This document shows positions 40,224 to 64,000 of a DNA stretch of 64,000 nucleotides, one piece after another. The position numbers were made by a program, and so were the translations under genes. Below the pieces are notes generated by a model that saw only the letters and a program-made list of their open reading frames with translations, made no database searches and had not been told where the DNA came from. Position 1 is the first letter of the stretch, and every line of letters begins with the position of its first letter. Location: the NCBI GenBank assembly GCA_012295275.1, contig CM022670.1, positions 13,268,001-13,332,000 of the forward strand, in the 5' to 3' direction. This DNA comes from Chrysomallon squamiferum. Lineage: Eukaryota; Animalia; Mollusca.

Positions 40224-43200
40224 GTTTCTTTGGAATATGTTTCATATGTCATGACCAATTGTTGAATTTTTTCTACCAGTAATATATTGTGGCTATGTAT
40301 TTTTTTTTTTTAAAGCAGTACAGTGATAGCACAATTCTTTCCTCTTTTTTTTTTAAAGTTATTTCTTTCTTTGTTTCATTTTCCCCAAAAATTCTTGTGT
40401 ATGAAAAAAACTGTTATAACAATTTAAAAAAAAACCCAAAGTAAAACAAAATCGTTGAAAATTTTAATAACAGAATTTTTATTTCATTTATTAATTTTTC
40501 TTCTAATTTTTCGGTCATTTCCATTAATTTTTAAAATAAATTTTAACTACAGTAGTCTTGTATCTGTTATCATATCTGCAAAATAAATAACAAATTTTCA
40601 GTTTTTACATTGCAATAATGAAGAATATTCATTTCTGAATCAACAAAATGAACATGAAAGCTGATACAAAGGAGAGGATTATGTATCTGTCTCTGAGACT
40701 TAGTATGAATTAGAGGACTTCATGGAAGTCAAAAATTCTGGAAAAGTGATATTTCATATAGAAAAATACGATATACATGGAAATTCATGTTTGTATCCCT
40801 ATGGAAAAGTATGAAGAGTATTAAAAACATGATCTGAAGTACAAGATGTAGATACAGATGTGGTTTATATAGTCCACTTTGTGAAAAGGTAAAAAATACA
40901 TGAAGTATATAGAAGTATATTGGATAATGTTGTATACATGAGGTATATAGAGTACATTGGAAATTATGATTCACGTGGAAATTTGTGAAGCAGCCTAAAA
41001 GGAAACTGAGTGTTGGGTTTTGTTACAAGACAGGACGGGAATCTCTTTCATTGCTGACATAGTGACTCAGGCTTTTTGGAAATAGTGACATTGTCTCAGA
41101 GAATGTGACAGATATGTCAAGTTTTTCTACTTAACGTTATATATATTTACACTGTCTCTCTGAGGATTTAATGATTTCTGGTTTCTTTTTTTTTTTTTTT
41201 TGTTTGTTTATTTTTGTTGTTTTTTTTATTGGTATATTTCATTTTAATTATGATTATTATTTTATTATTTTTTATTTATTTATTATTATTATTTCCTTCT
41301 TCTTTTTTTAAGTAACATAAACTATATTATTTAATTAATTAATTATTTATTTATTTTTAAAAACCACATTTATTTAGTTTTTGACAGAAAGAAATCCACA
41401 GTGAAATAGATTATTATTATTTCCTTTCTTTTTTATCGTGATACAAAATTTCCTTCTTTGTTTTCATATCATTTATTTTTGTTTTAATTTAATTTTTATA
41501 TCATTTTAAAATCTGTCTGAAGCACAAAGAATTTTTCTCATAAAAAATGTAAAGATAGAATTTTGTAAGTTTTAAATTCCTCAATTTTTTATTTTTTCTA
41601 CACTGCCAGTTTGAAATCCGTATTGCTTTTTGGGGGTAATTATTATATTTTTATTATATAAAGATTGATTTATTTATTTGAATGTTAAATATTGAAATAA
41701 ACTCTTAGTGTTGTTACCAAGGCCACACATAAATTTTCTTTACCCTCATGTTACTTGTATTCAATCATCTTTTAGTTTTTATAATATTATCATAATATAA
41801 TGTTTTTTTTTTTTATTATTTCCCCTTTTGCTGCTCATTCAAAAAGTTAAGTGCTTTTCATGTTATTTATTTTAAACCTGATGTCTTTTAATTTTTGATG
41901 TCTTATTTTTATCCAGTAATTGAAAGTTTTTTAATTTGCTGCCATTATATAAAAACAGAAGTTATTAATTTTGTCGGGGCTATGCTGGTAATATGTAGCT
42001 TAGAAAACAATAACTTACATAAAGTGTATAGTAAACCAAACATTATTAATAATATAAATACATGGTTGCTTTTTGTTGTTTCCTTTTCTGTTATAATTAA
42101 TACTTATCTCCCTTGGAGTTATTAGTTAACTCCCTTACAGTAATTTGCTAATATCCCTAGTGGAAATTTTGTTTTATTATCATTTATGGTATTTTAGATG
42201 TATTTTATTTTATTATTATTATGGTTAATTTTATAATGATAGATTTTTTTTTTTTTTTTAAATTTATTACTGCAATATAGTGAGACATATTTTGCTTTTT
42301 AACACACATTCTTCTATAAATCATTAAATTACAACAACTGATATGGTATTGATTTAATTACCTGTAATCAGTATAGTACACTGATTTGTCTGAATTTAAA
42401 ATTAAATGAATTGCACATTATATTTGTCTTAAATTATAACCTGCAGAAATTAGATTATTTTTAGTATTTATATGTAAAGTTTAGTGTTGACACAAAAACT
42501 GTTTATCAATATGGCAGCAAAACAAAAAAAAAGACTTTAGAAAATCTGGATTTTTGCAGAATTTTAGTCACACCATTTTGTCTTTAATTTTTAGGTTAAA
42601 ATTTTTATTTAATTTTTTGTTTGTTGTGATGTTTGTTCTTCACTTTTTAATCAGGATTTTTTGTATCTATTTTTTTTTTTTTTTTGGACTGCCATTTTGT
42701 CTTTTACAAAATGGCTATACATTTTTGCATAAGCTGTGTACTATATGGGGTAACTCACGGTTGTGAAATATTTGTATCAACCCTGAAGTATTGTGAATTT
42801 TATTTGCCAGTTATTTAATGTTTTATTTATTCAAAACAAAATGTATATAGTGCACATTATATCTGTACAGAAGAACAAGAGTGCGTTTTTTGTAGATTTA
42901 ATAATGTCTGTATTTTATTTAGATTTCAGGCCATTTTTTTTACTTCTCTCTCTTCTTGTGTGTACAAATAAAACAAACACTTGGATATAATTATTTGTTT
43001 TGGAAGAAACATTCACCTAATTCTGTCTGTCTGTTCAGTATCCTTACTGTCTTTTATGTATTGATATTATGATTTATATTTATTGCTTGTCTTAGATCAT
43101 TATCATTTAATTACTTTTGTCATTATTATTATTTATTTTATTGTTTTATGATTATACAAATTATACATAAACCATCATTGTTTGAAAATATAACAACCTC

Positions 43201-46200
43201 AATTCACACTGAAAACAGTTCACTGATGTAAAAAGATTTTATGTATTTATGGATTTGTTGATCCATCATTTTGTTGAATATTTTCATTTGACTTTTTTTT
43301 TATTCTTTTTTTCCAGCCATCTCATAAGACATTAAAATTTATTCTAACTGATACTTAATAAGTAACAGGGTTTATAGGAAGTGGGTTTATCTAAACATTT
43401 TTTTTATAGTATTTTTAACCCTGCTTTATTAAAATATTTACACTGAAACTCATGCTTACAAAACAACAAATGATTTAGGGAGTAGTTTGGTTCATATTAT
43501 CTCTTTTAAGTTTTGAAACTGCATGGAATGCAAAATTGATTGTTCAGTACATGATCCAGTTGTGACAATCTTTCCATTTTTAAATTGTCCAGTTACACTT
43601 AGTCAGCCGTTAAATTTAAACAATATTTAAAATTATGAGTGCATAATTTTTAAAATTCTGGTGTTTTGTTAAATACGTGTTTTGGTGCTCTGCTTGACAA
43701 CGAATTATGATCTGATAATTTATGGTTGTTTTTTTGTGTTTTTTTCAAACCTCATTTACACTGTGTAAATATTTATAATTCTTGTAAAGTTCATCTGATT
43801 TATGGATTCAAGATCTTGAGGTATGTACATATATTTACAAACATTTTAAAATATATATCTGGATACATAAATACACACATACAAGTTATGTTTACTTTGT
43901 ACAGAACTGGCAGTTATGTAAGCAGTTTTATCTATTAAAACAACATAAAATGTTAAAAGCATTAATTATCGTAATTCAGTTTATAATACTAGTCAAAACA
44001 AAATCAGTTTACAATTGCATTCTTGTTCTGATAATGGATTTTTATTTCAAATTCTCAAAAAAAAAATTCCATTTCATGGTGGTATTACTATACAACAATA
44101 CAGACATAGTGCACATTGAAATTTGTTCATATTTAAAATATGGGTGATTGTGATAATACAAGCCATTATTTTAGGTTGTGAATCCTTTCTTCAGTTTGGC
44201 TTTATTTTCTCTAGTCTTATTTTAGCCACACAGCACTGAAACAAATTCTCCATTGTGTACTGTCTCAAGTCCCAGTTCAGCTTTAAATTATTTGATTTGA
44301 TTTTATTTTCACAGCATTACCTTGCCTCCAGTGTGATTGATTACCTGGCAGTGTTTTATTTTGGATCAACTCGACCTATTTTTTATTACAACAGTATTAA
44401 TAATTAAGCAAGTCTTACAGTTCATCAGTAACACCTAGTCAGTTTTGTTGGTTCCCATTCTATCATGAACTGTATTTCAGTCAGCCTATGACACAACACT
44501 TTCCAAATTAGGAATGTAAATATATATTTTTACTGCTCACCAGTTTCGCTTTGACCAAAGATCAATTTTTCACAGAAAACATACTTCAAGTAAAATCTCA
44601 AAGACCTAGATGCAATTCTGTACTTAGGTTAATTCACAAAACCTGGGCAGTCGTTTGTGTAGGTGCAATATGTAAAAGCCAAACTTTCAGTGCAACTTTA
44701 AATTATTTTCAACTATTTCCTTCAGTCCTAAAATTAGCCATGTTAATAATCACTGCTGCTGTGTAATATTTTATTGTCCATCCCTTTAAACAATGTCAGT
44801 CTACATAAAAAGAAATTTAGAAAATTTATACCAAGCTGTTATGTAGCCTTTGGCAAAATAGATATCCATTCTGTTCATTGTTTTCCAGTTTATTCATACA
44901 TTTATTAAAGTAATGAAATGTTTAAAAATTCAACTTCATTCACATCCAAAGAATTTAAAGCATTTTCAAAAAGACTGCATTCTTTTGAACCACATTTTAT
45001 TATACCTTTTCAACAGACACAAAATAGAACACACATCAGTGCTGGAAATATCAAACTGAGAGTTGTAGTTAGAATTGGAAGAAGTGTGAAAAATGAAGAT
45101 AATTTTTATTTGTTAAATCTTTTTGTTTCCTATGATTATTTAAACTAAAAGAGGTATGCACCCTAACTATGAACTTGTAAATCAAATTCCTCAAAATGCT
45201 ATTGTATTTGTTAACTATTAGAACAAACTAGATTCAAGTTACCATATCATTGCAATAGTGCTTCCAAAATATAAATATTGATTTCAGCTCAAGCAAACTG
45301 TAAAAATTTGTTGTTTCTTTTTCTGTTACCATGGTAATAAAATGTATGTCCATCCTAGTTTCAGTAACCTAGCCACATTTATTTTCAGTTCCCTGCCTTC
45401 TCAAAAAGCATTAGTCCCATACAAACTATAATAATAATGAATTGATCAGTCCCTTGTAAGCACAGTGATAGTTCATTTCATTTCCACACTTTTATCTCAT
45501 AGTGGTTCTCTCAACAAGCTGTATGTATTTTATGGAGAAGTGCATAAAATGTATAGTGCAATTATTTTAAATATGAAAATAATGAACTTTTTAAAAACAG
45601 AAGAGTTTGATCAACATCTGTCCTAGTCCTGCTTGAACTAGAACAGTTTCATAGGTATTGTTTTAGTTATACAAATTTGGATACTTTTTAAAATGATGGG
45701 CTTTTTGCCTGTAGATTGTGTGGACTCGGCTACATATCAGTGTTTCCCGCATGGTTTATGTATATTATTACTATAATACAAAATGTGAAAGTATTCATTC
45801 GTTTGTTGTCTGTTACCTCCAAGTCCAGAATTCATGTCATTTTAATGGCACTTTGAGGTCTTCTTTTTTAAATTCTACAACATGTAGCAGTTTTTACAAT
45901 TTGAAATGCAGGTAAATATTTGGAGTGCCAACAAAACTGGGTGCCTGTAGGAGTGCTTATTAATAAACAAAATTTGATCATTTTTTAAGTACAACTTCAC
46001 TGTGCCCATTACTAAAATTCATCTAATGAAGAGTTCATGAAAAATCTTCACTAAAAACATTTAATATATTTTGCTTAAGATCTATGACCAACATTGAAGA
46101 AACTAACTGGCTCAACAAGACCAAATATTATCAAATATTAAATAAATAAATATAAAAAAATATTTAAATGTACGTATTTAACCTGACCACATAAAACTTG

Positions 46201-46330
46201 GATTACTGTGTGGTGGATTTCAGTATAACTTTGAAAACCACAAGGCACGAACAAAATAACAAGCACAAATCCCAGTTAAGTTTTTTAATTGCTTAACACA
46301 TACACATGTCAGTCATGTCTTTTGTGATTT

Positions 46331-50655
<4,325 letters not shown>

Positions 50656-50770
50656 TTTGGATGGCGAAGATAAAAGGAAGTAGCAGGTGCGCGCGCATGT
50701 TAGGAAGCGATAGAACCGGAAGAAAACAGAAGCATGTGACAAAAATGAGGAAGTAATTGCAAACACCAAA
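50656..50770. promoter_or_regulatory. Compact bidirectional promoter shared by RPS3 (-) and CTSO (+)
   Basis: Only 115 nt separate the two ATGs. The interval is a local GC/CpG-richer patch with TGCGCGCGCATG (NRF1-like, ~50688-50699), CCGGAAG (ETS/GABP-like, 50716-50722) and further AGGAAG cores. A YY1-like GCCATTTT overlaps the RPS3 start codon. Confidence 0.7.
50666..50680 (-). promoter_or_regulatory. 5' TOP / TCT-type polypyrimidine initiator of RPS3
   Basis: The minus strand reads CTTCCTTTTATCTTC just upstream of GCCATCCAAAATG, typical of ribosomal protein gene start sites. Confidence 0.7.
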
Positions 50771-50941
50771 ATGTCAAGATTTGTGATAATTTTGTTACTT
50801 TTATTCTTCTCCATTTGCTTTGTAACTACAGACGTGGAAAACTTGTTAAAATCATTTAAGGAATATATTGTCAAATATAATAAAACGTATCAAAATGACA
50901 GTGGCCTTTTGTCGAAACGATTTAACATTTTTAAAGTAAGA

Positions 50942-51011
<70 letters not shown>

Positions 51012-51234
51012 TAATAGTAATAGTAAAACATTAAATGATTAGTTTTTAAAGTTTTATTTATTTTTATTTTTTTATTTACTATTATTATTTTTTTATATAT
51101 ATTTTTTTTAGAGTAACTAGTTATTTAAGGTATTTTTTAAATAATTATTCATGTATACCGCTCAAAATAAACAATTATATTATACCAAAACTGGGACATC
51201 TCCCTCCTTTCTCTTTTCTCCCTCTTACCAATCT

Positions 51235-51315
<81 letters not shown>

Positions 51316-51896
51316 GGATATAATGTTTATTACCATACGATGATGTTCTTGTTCTGTTTTAATCTATTATTTACTTATTGTTAATAACACACTTTTTGTA
51401 GGAAAATCTGCATCGCTATGAAAATCTGAACAAGAAACATGCAAATGAAACTTTGGTTTACGGAATCAACAAATTCTCAGACTTGACACCAGAAGAGTTT
51501 AAAAGTATGTGTCTCTGGTCAAACATAAACCTGTGTGACTTGATGTACATAATTCATTTTTTGTTCTGTGAAAGCCTGATGACCTAATATGCAAATGTAG
51601 GCTACACCAGCCACACTGGATTAAATGGCACTCTGTTTACCTAAGAAATCATGGGTTGCAGACTGAATTCTTCTCAGTGCACCACTGGAGCTATTTTCAG
51701 TTCTAGCTAGTACTCCACAAATAATTTATCAAAGATTACATGTCTTCTGCTGTTTGAAGAATGCATATTTAAAATTCTTATTGCTGCTGATTAAAATATT
51801 TGAGTATCCCTCAAAATGCAACAGCAAGTTCCTTCTCTTACATTACCAGAGAAATTGCTGTATTTAACCTGTTAATAATAGCTTAATAGTAATAAG

Positions 51897-51946
<50 letters not shown>

Positions 51947-53643
51947 TACGTACATACATACATACATATATGCACATAAGCATATACACTCACAAACACA
52001 CATACACACACCTATACATAATAAGAATAATACCTCAGTAATAAAATATATTAAGTTGTTAATAAACAGATTTCAAAGATAATAAAAAAATGGATACATA
52101 TGTGTATGTATGTTTGTGTGTGTGTGTTTGTGTTTGTGTATATATATATATATGTATATATGTGTGCATGTGTGTGTGTATGTGTGTGTGCACCAATATG
52201 CTATTATAAGTTAAGTCTTTTAGTTGTAGCTTATTTGTTTTTAAAACTAAATTGTTTTTACATTTTTTACATTTATTACAGAAATTTACTTATCTGATCT
52301 GATTAGATATGATGTGTACAAACATAAGAATAACAAAACACCACTACAACTGATAAGAAACCTGAAAATACCTCAAACAGTTGATTGGTAAGTAATGATA
52401 AAATCAATAATAAAATTCATTTCTTCTTAAAAGTCACAATGTACTACAATTAGATTCAGAAAAAAAAAATTTAAAACGTGTTTGTTGTTAAACAATTTTT
52501 ATGATATTTCTAATTATTGATTTATTTATTTTTATTTTATTATTATTATTATTATATTTTTTTTTTTTTTTTTTTTTATATAGGCGCAAGCAGAACATCA
52601 TTTCGTCAATCAAAAATCAGGGCCACTGTGGTGCTTGCTGGTACGAAACTTTCTTTAATTCACCTTAAACGATATTCCACTCTAAGCCAGTTATTTCCCG
52701 TTCCTTCCAGTATATGACCACTAGTTTATCAAAGACCAGTTTGTGCTTTCCTCTGTTAAGGTGATCATAAAAGAGCTATTATGTAATAAATATTAATCTG
52801 AGCCATTTAATATCCACCGTTATTATAATGCTTTTATTAATGGTTTTTATTATTTTTATTGTCATTATTATTACTATTATTATTGTTAGTATTATTATTG
52901 TTATGGTTATTATTGTTGATGTTGTTGTTATGTTGATAGTATTATTTTTTAATTTGCAGGGCATTCAGTACCACAGAGACAGTGGAAAGTATGTTTGCCA
53001 AGGCTGCTAGTAAACCTGTCCCAGACCTCAGTGTACAGGAAGTTATAGACTGTGCAAAAGGGAATTATGGGTGTTCTGGAGGGGACACATGTACAGCTCT
53101 TAAATGGATGATGAATGTAACTATTTCAAAATGGCTCATGCATAAATGACAATGAATAGATGAAGTTAATAAAAATTTTACCTATTTTTATATAAACAAT
53201 TTAGTAACATAATTTTTTTTAATATTACTTGCTTATATTAATAGTTGTTAAATGTTAGAGAAGACACCCACACCATTCAAGTGATTTCTAAATCAGAAGT
53301 TAGAAATCTTTTGTTTCTAAAGAGAAGTTTATACTTCAGTACACTAGTCTTGAGTCACAGGCAGAATGTGATAATTTCAGAATTGATCATGTTGTAAGCA
53401 GTAAATGGATTTTCTTTTCCACCTTACAGAACAAAACAAAGCTGGTACATGATGAGGATTATCCATTAGTAGACCAAACACAGAAATGTCACAGATTATC
53501 TCCTGCTTTGTCCGGTGTTTCAGTGTCTGATTTCACTTGCATGGAGTAAGCATTTTTATAAATAGTTTGTTCACTCATTTTTATTCTTCTCTAAATATAT
53601 TTTTTATTTTATTTTTTCTTTATTTATCTATTTATTTAGTTAG

Positions 53644-53682
<39 letters not shown>

Positions 53683-55043
53683 TCTACCTACCTTTATTTA
53701 CCTACCCTTATTTATTTAAATTTGCAATATTTTTGTTATGATGACATTAATGAACATTGCATTATTATTGTTGTTGTTTTTTTTTTATTATTATTTCTCC
53801 TTTTTCTTCTTCTTCTTCTTCTTCTTCTTCTTCTTCTTCTTCTTGTTATTATTATTATTTGTTACTCAGTTATGTAGGTAATGAACAGAAGATGCTTCAG
53901 TTACTTAGTGAAGTTGGTCCCTTGGTTACCACTGTTGATGCCAGCACATGGAACAGCTACATGGGAGGCATCATCAAATTTCACTGCTCCAACTACAATA
54001 ACCACGCTGTGCAAATAGTGGGCTATGATCTTACAGGTGATGTTATATACATAATGAAGAAAATATTTTCTGTTTCCTTACATATGGTCCCTTGATATTC
54101 ATGGGGTGTTTAATATCCATGAGATCCACCCAGTGACATGTGACTTGTTTATTATATACAATGTTCTCTAGAGAATTGTTTTAATAAAAGCTACAATGTC
54201 TTTAATAACAAAATTTAAAAAATAATACGTAAGAATATATGTATGTATATATAAATGCATGTAAAACAAGTTTTAACATTATTTTACTCACAAATAATTC
54301 TCTGTGATATCTTTTACATTTTATCTTGTATTTTTTTTTTTTTTTTTTTTTTTTTATAATAGAGTATTTTCAGTACAGCTATATCAAAAATTAGTAAGTG
54401 CAGATCCTATGTGTGAAAAAGTGCATATAACAGATCCCTTGTTGTTACTGAAAATAATAGCAATATTTTATTATTTGACATTCTGAGTGAAAATATTGAA
54501 ACTTTACTAGTGTATTGAAACCTTGCTATTTAAAAAAAATAAAAATAATAATATATATATATATATATTGTTTTTCACAGGAGATGTACCATATTACATC
54601 ATACGTAACTCCTGGGGCCCAGATTTTGGTGATAATGGCTATATATATGTTGAGATTGGAGATAATTTATGTGGCAAGTATTCCAGTTTGAAATAATAGG
54701 AATATCTGTTTCTGAGTATTTTCTCTCATCATCATTACAGTATTATTATATTTTTATTGTTCATATTTTAAACATTTTTTTTTTTGTTGTTTAAATTATT
54801 TAGTAATTTTTTAAGTCATTAACACAAACCAAATGAATCAGATTTTGTTCTCATGATAATATTAAGCAGAATAAAGAATAAAATATGTACACTATTTATT
54901 TGGATACATGTTCATACAAAATGTTAATATGTTTTGCAGAAGTTTTTACTATATTTATTATTATTATTAATATTTTTTTTAATTTAATTTTTTTTAAATC
55001 AGGTATTGCAGAACGTGTATCAACTGTCAATGTTGTTTCCTGA
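50771..55043 (+). CDS. CTSO: Cathepsin O (papain-family C1A cysteine protease with signal peptide and I29 prodomain), 9 coding exons
   Basis: Exons: 50771-50935 (MSRFVIILLLLFFSICF, signal peptide), 51402-51504 (YGINKFSDLTPEEF), 52282-52387 (IPQTVDW), 52584-52640 (KNQGHCGACW, catalytic Cys), 52960-53116 (AFS..LSVQEVIDC..GCSGG), 53430-53545, 53870-54036 (GPLVTTVDA..GGIIKFHCS..NHAVQIVGYD, catalytic His), 54581-54673 (PYYIIRNSWG, catalytic Asn), 55003-55043 (GIAERVSTVNVVS*). LSVQxVIDC and GGIIxxHCS are cathepsin O-like. Confidence 0.92.
51600..51840 (+). mobile_element. Diverged SINE-like interspersed repeat
   Basis: GCTATTTTCAGTTCTAGCTAGTACTCCACAAATAATTTATCAAAG...TGCATATTTAAAATTCTTATTGCTGCTGATT aligns by eye with the other copies in the window (35370-35480, 52685-52760, 9910-9960). 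It resembles my recollection of molluscan Nin/Deu-domain tRNA-derived SINEs. Confidence 0.5.
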
Positions 55044-56384
55044 CGAATACAAAAACCGTAACAGACTGAATCATCTCCAGAGTGCGGGAAATCAAAAAAA
55101 AAAAAAAAAAAAAAAAAAGATTGGATTTAATCAAAAACTGTGCCAAAGATAGTTATCAGTTAACTTCAAAAACAAATTTGATTTTGTAAGTTTAGTTTCA
55201 TATTAATCAAAAACTATTTTTGTATTTAATTTTTTGTTTTAAATATTTGTATTAAAATGATTTAAAAAATACTCTTTAAGTTTTGTTTTTTTCTTTTTAT
55301 ATTTGTATTTGTATTTTATTTGTCTTCCTTTCTTTATTATTGCAGTGTATTTTAAATATTATTTTGAAAGATTTAATATAATGAGCTTTAATTAATTAAT
55401 TTGTTTATTATCATCATCATCATTATTATTGTATTTATTAAATAGTGAATAAAAAATTGCAAATGAATATAGGCGTTCAGCATTTGCAAAATGCTGAGCT
55501 TTATTAATCTTCCTCTGGTTACATTCGTATTAGTTTTATTTTACATATAAATTTTCTCATCAGTCCACATTTATGCAAAATTTGTTTGGAACATCAAGGT
55601 TTTTCTTACATATCTGTTCTTAATGGAGTCCAGCTGATTTACCAAAACTAAAATATTATTAGAATTAATTTATTCATTTTATGTATTTATTTTATTTTAT
55701 TTTTTTATTATGATTTATCACTGTAATTTAACCAGCAAATAAATAAATAAATAAAGAAGCATATTTTATTGTAATACGATCATGGTTGTCTTTGACACTA
55801 GTCGAAGAGGAAGAAATGTAACATTAAATCAGCAATTTTTCAAACGTTTTACAGCATAAAACTGGAGACGTTAACAGGACTATGAAGTGTAAATATTTGG
55901 TATAGAATTACTATGGATTATTGTCTTACGTTCTATCAAATAAAAAAAGGCAGACATTTTTATTGTATATTTATTAGAAAAACATGTTCGTTACTCGACA
56001 TAATACCCGTACCATGTTAAATATACACAATATTAATATTTACAGTATTGTGAATAATAGTAATAATACCCGACACAAATAATAATAATAACAACAACAA
56101 CACCAATAAGTATGATAAAAATAATACAATTTAAATTTTAAAAATATAGATATATATTAAATTATGTGAATGGAAATCACATTAAAAATAACTAATAATA
56201 ATCTAAAACCAAACGAAATTAAAAAAAAAAAAAAAAGGAGATAACATTATTATAATATATTTATAAAGTGCAGGATTACGAATTTATTTATTAAATATAT
56301 TAATTAAATAATATATGTACATACTGTGCAGTTATTATAATTAAAACTAAATAAAAAAAAATATATATCATTTAAAAAATACAA

Positions 56385-56430
<46 letters not shown>

Positions 56431-56485
56431 GTACTGACGCATTTTCTTTGGAGGTGACACTTTTTCTCAGTCGCTGGGTGTTAAG

Positions 56486-63535
<7,050 letters not shown>

Positions 63536-64000
63536 CTGAAGAAATAAAAATCAAATTAATGAAGAAAGATATGGCGAAATCTGAATATAGAACAACTCAA
63601 GAAAGAAAGAAAGAAAAACTACTAAGTACAAAAATATGAAATCTGTAAAATTCTTAAAAATATATATAAAATATATATATAAAATATATATAAATTTTTA
63701 TTTATCTTTTAATCATGATTTCATATATAAAACTAAAGAAAGGCCTATATATATATATAAAATTTGATACATATATTTTTTATTTATTTATTTATTTTTT
63801 AATCATGATTTCATTCATCATCACTAAAGAAAGGCCTTAAGCACAACAATATTAAAATTTGATCTATGGGTTTGTGGAGAAAATTTCCGTATATAACATT
63901 TTATGAGAAAAGATTTTTAAAATAACAACCGAAAAAAGACACTGTTAGCCCTAAGAATTGCAAGAATGTGTTTAATTGTTATACTTTATTGTTAGCAAAG

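Noticed and set aside
55094-55118. Poly-A run shortly after the CTSO stop, suggesting a retrocopy
   Set aside because: CTSO has 8 introns, and similar genomic A/T runs are ubiquitous in this window.

Overview
AT-rich, microsatellite-dense animal genomic DNA. A mollusc/gastropod origin is inferred from intron style and SINE-like repeats, not established. Four intron-rich protein-coding genes were reconstructed by hand from splice sites and reading frames. (1) The 3' part of an ARHGEF17-like RhoGEF (+; 21 exons, 16509-40045; positions 1-16.5 kb are probably its large upstream intron). (2) Ribosomal protein S3 (-; 46331-50655). (3) Cathepsin O (+; 50771-55043), head-to-head with RPS3, with only 115 nt between the start codons. 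(4) Tryptophan 2,3-dioxygenase (-; 56486-63535; 5' end probably outside the window), tail-to-tail with CTSO as in human. The most unusual feature is a 12 x 26-bp tandem array made of the last 16 nt of the TDO catalytic-His exon plus its 5' splice site, giving 12 stacked donor sites. Weaker donor-anchored tandem duplications occur at three ARHGEF17 exons. Other notes: a candidate intronic box C/D snoRNA in RPS3, a protein-neutral terminal RPS3 intron, a GC-AG intron, and three 1-nt frame breaks in short A/T runs that are probably consensus errors. Almost all ORFs in the supplied track are microsatellite artefacts.
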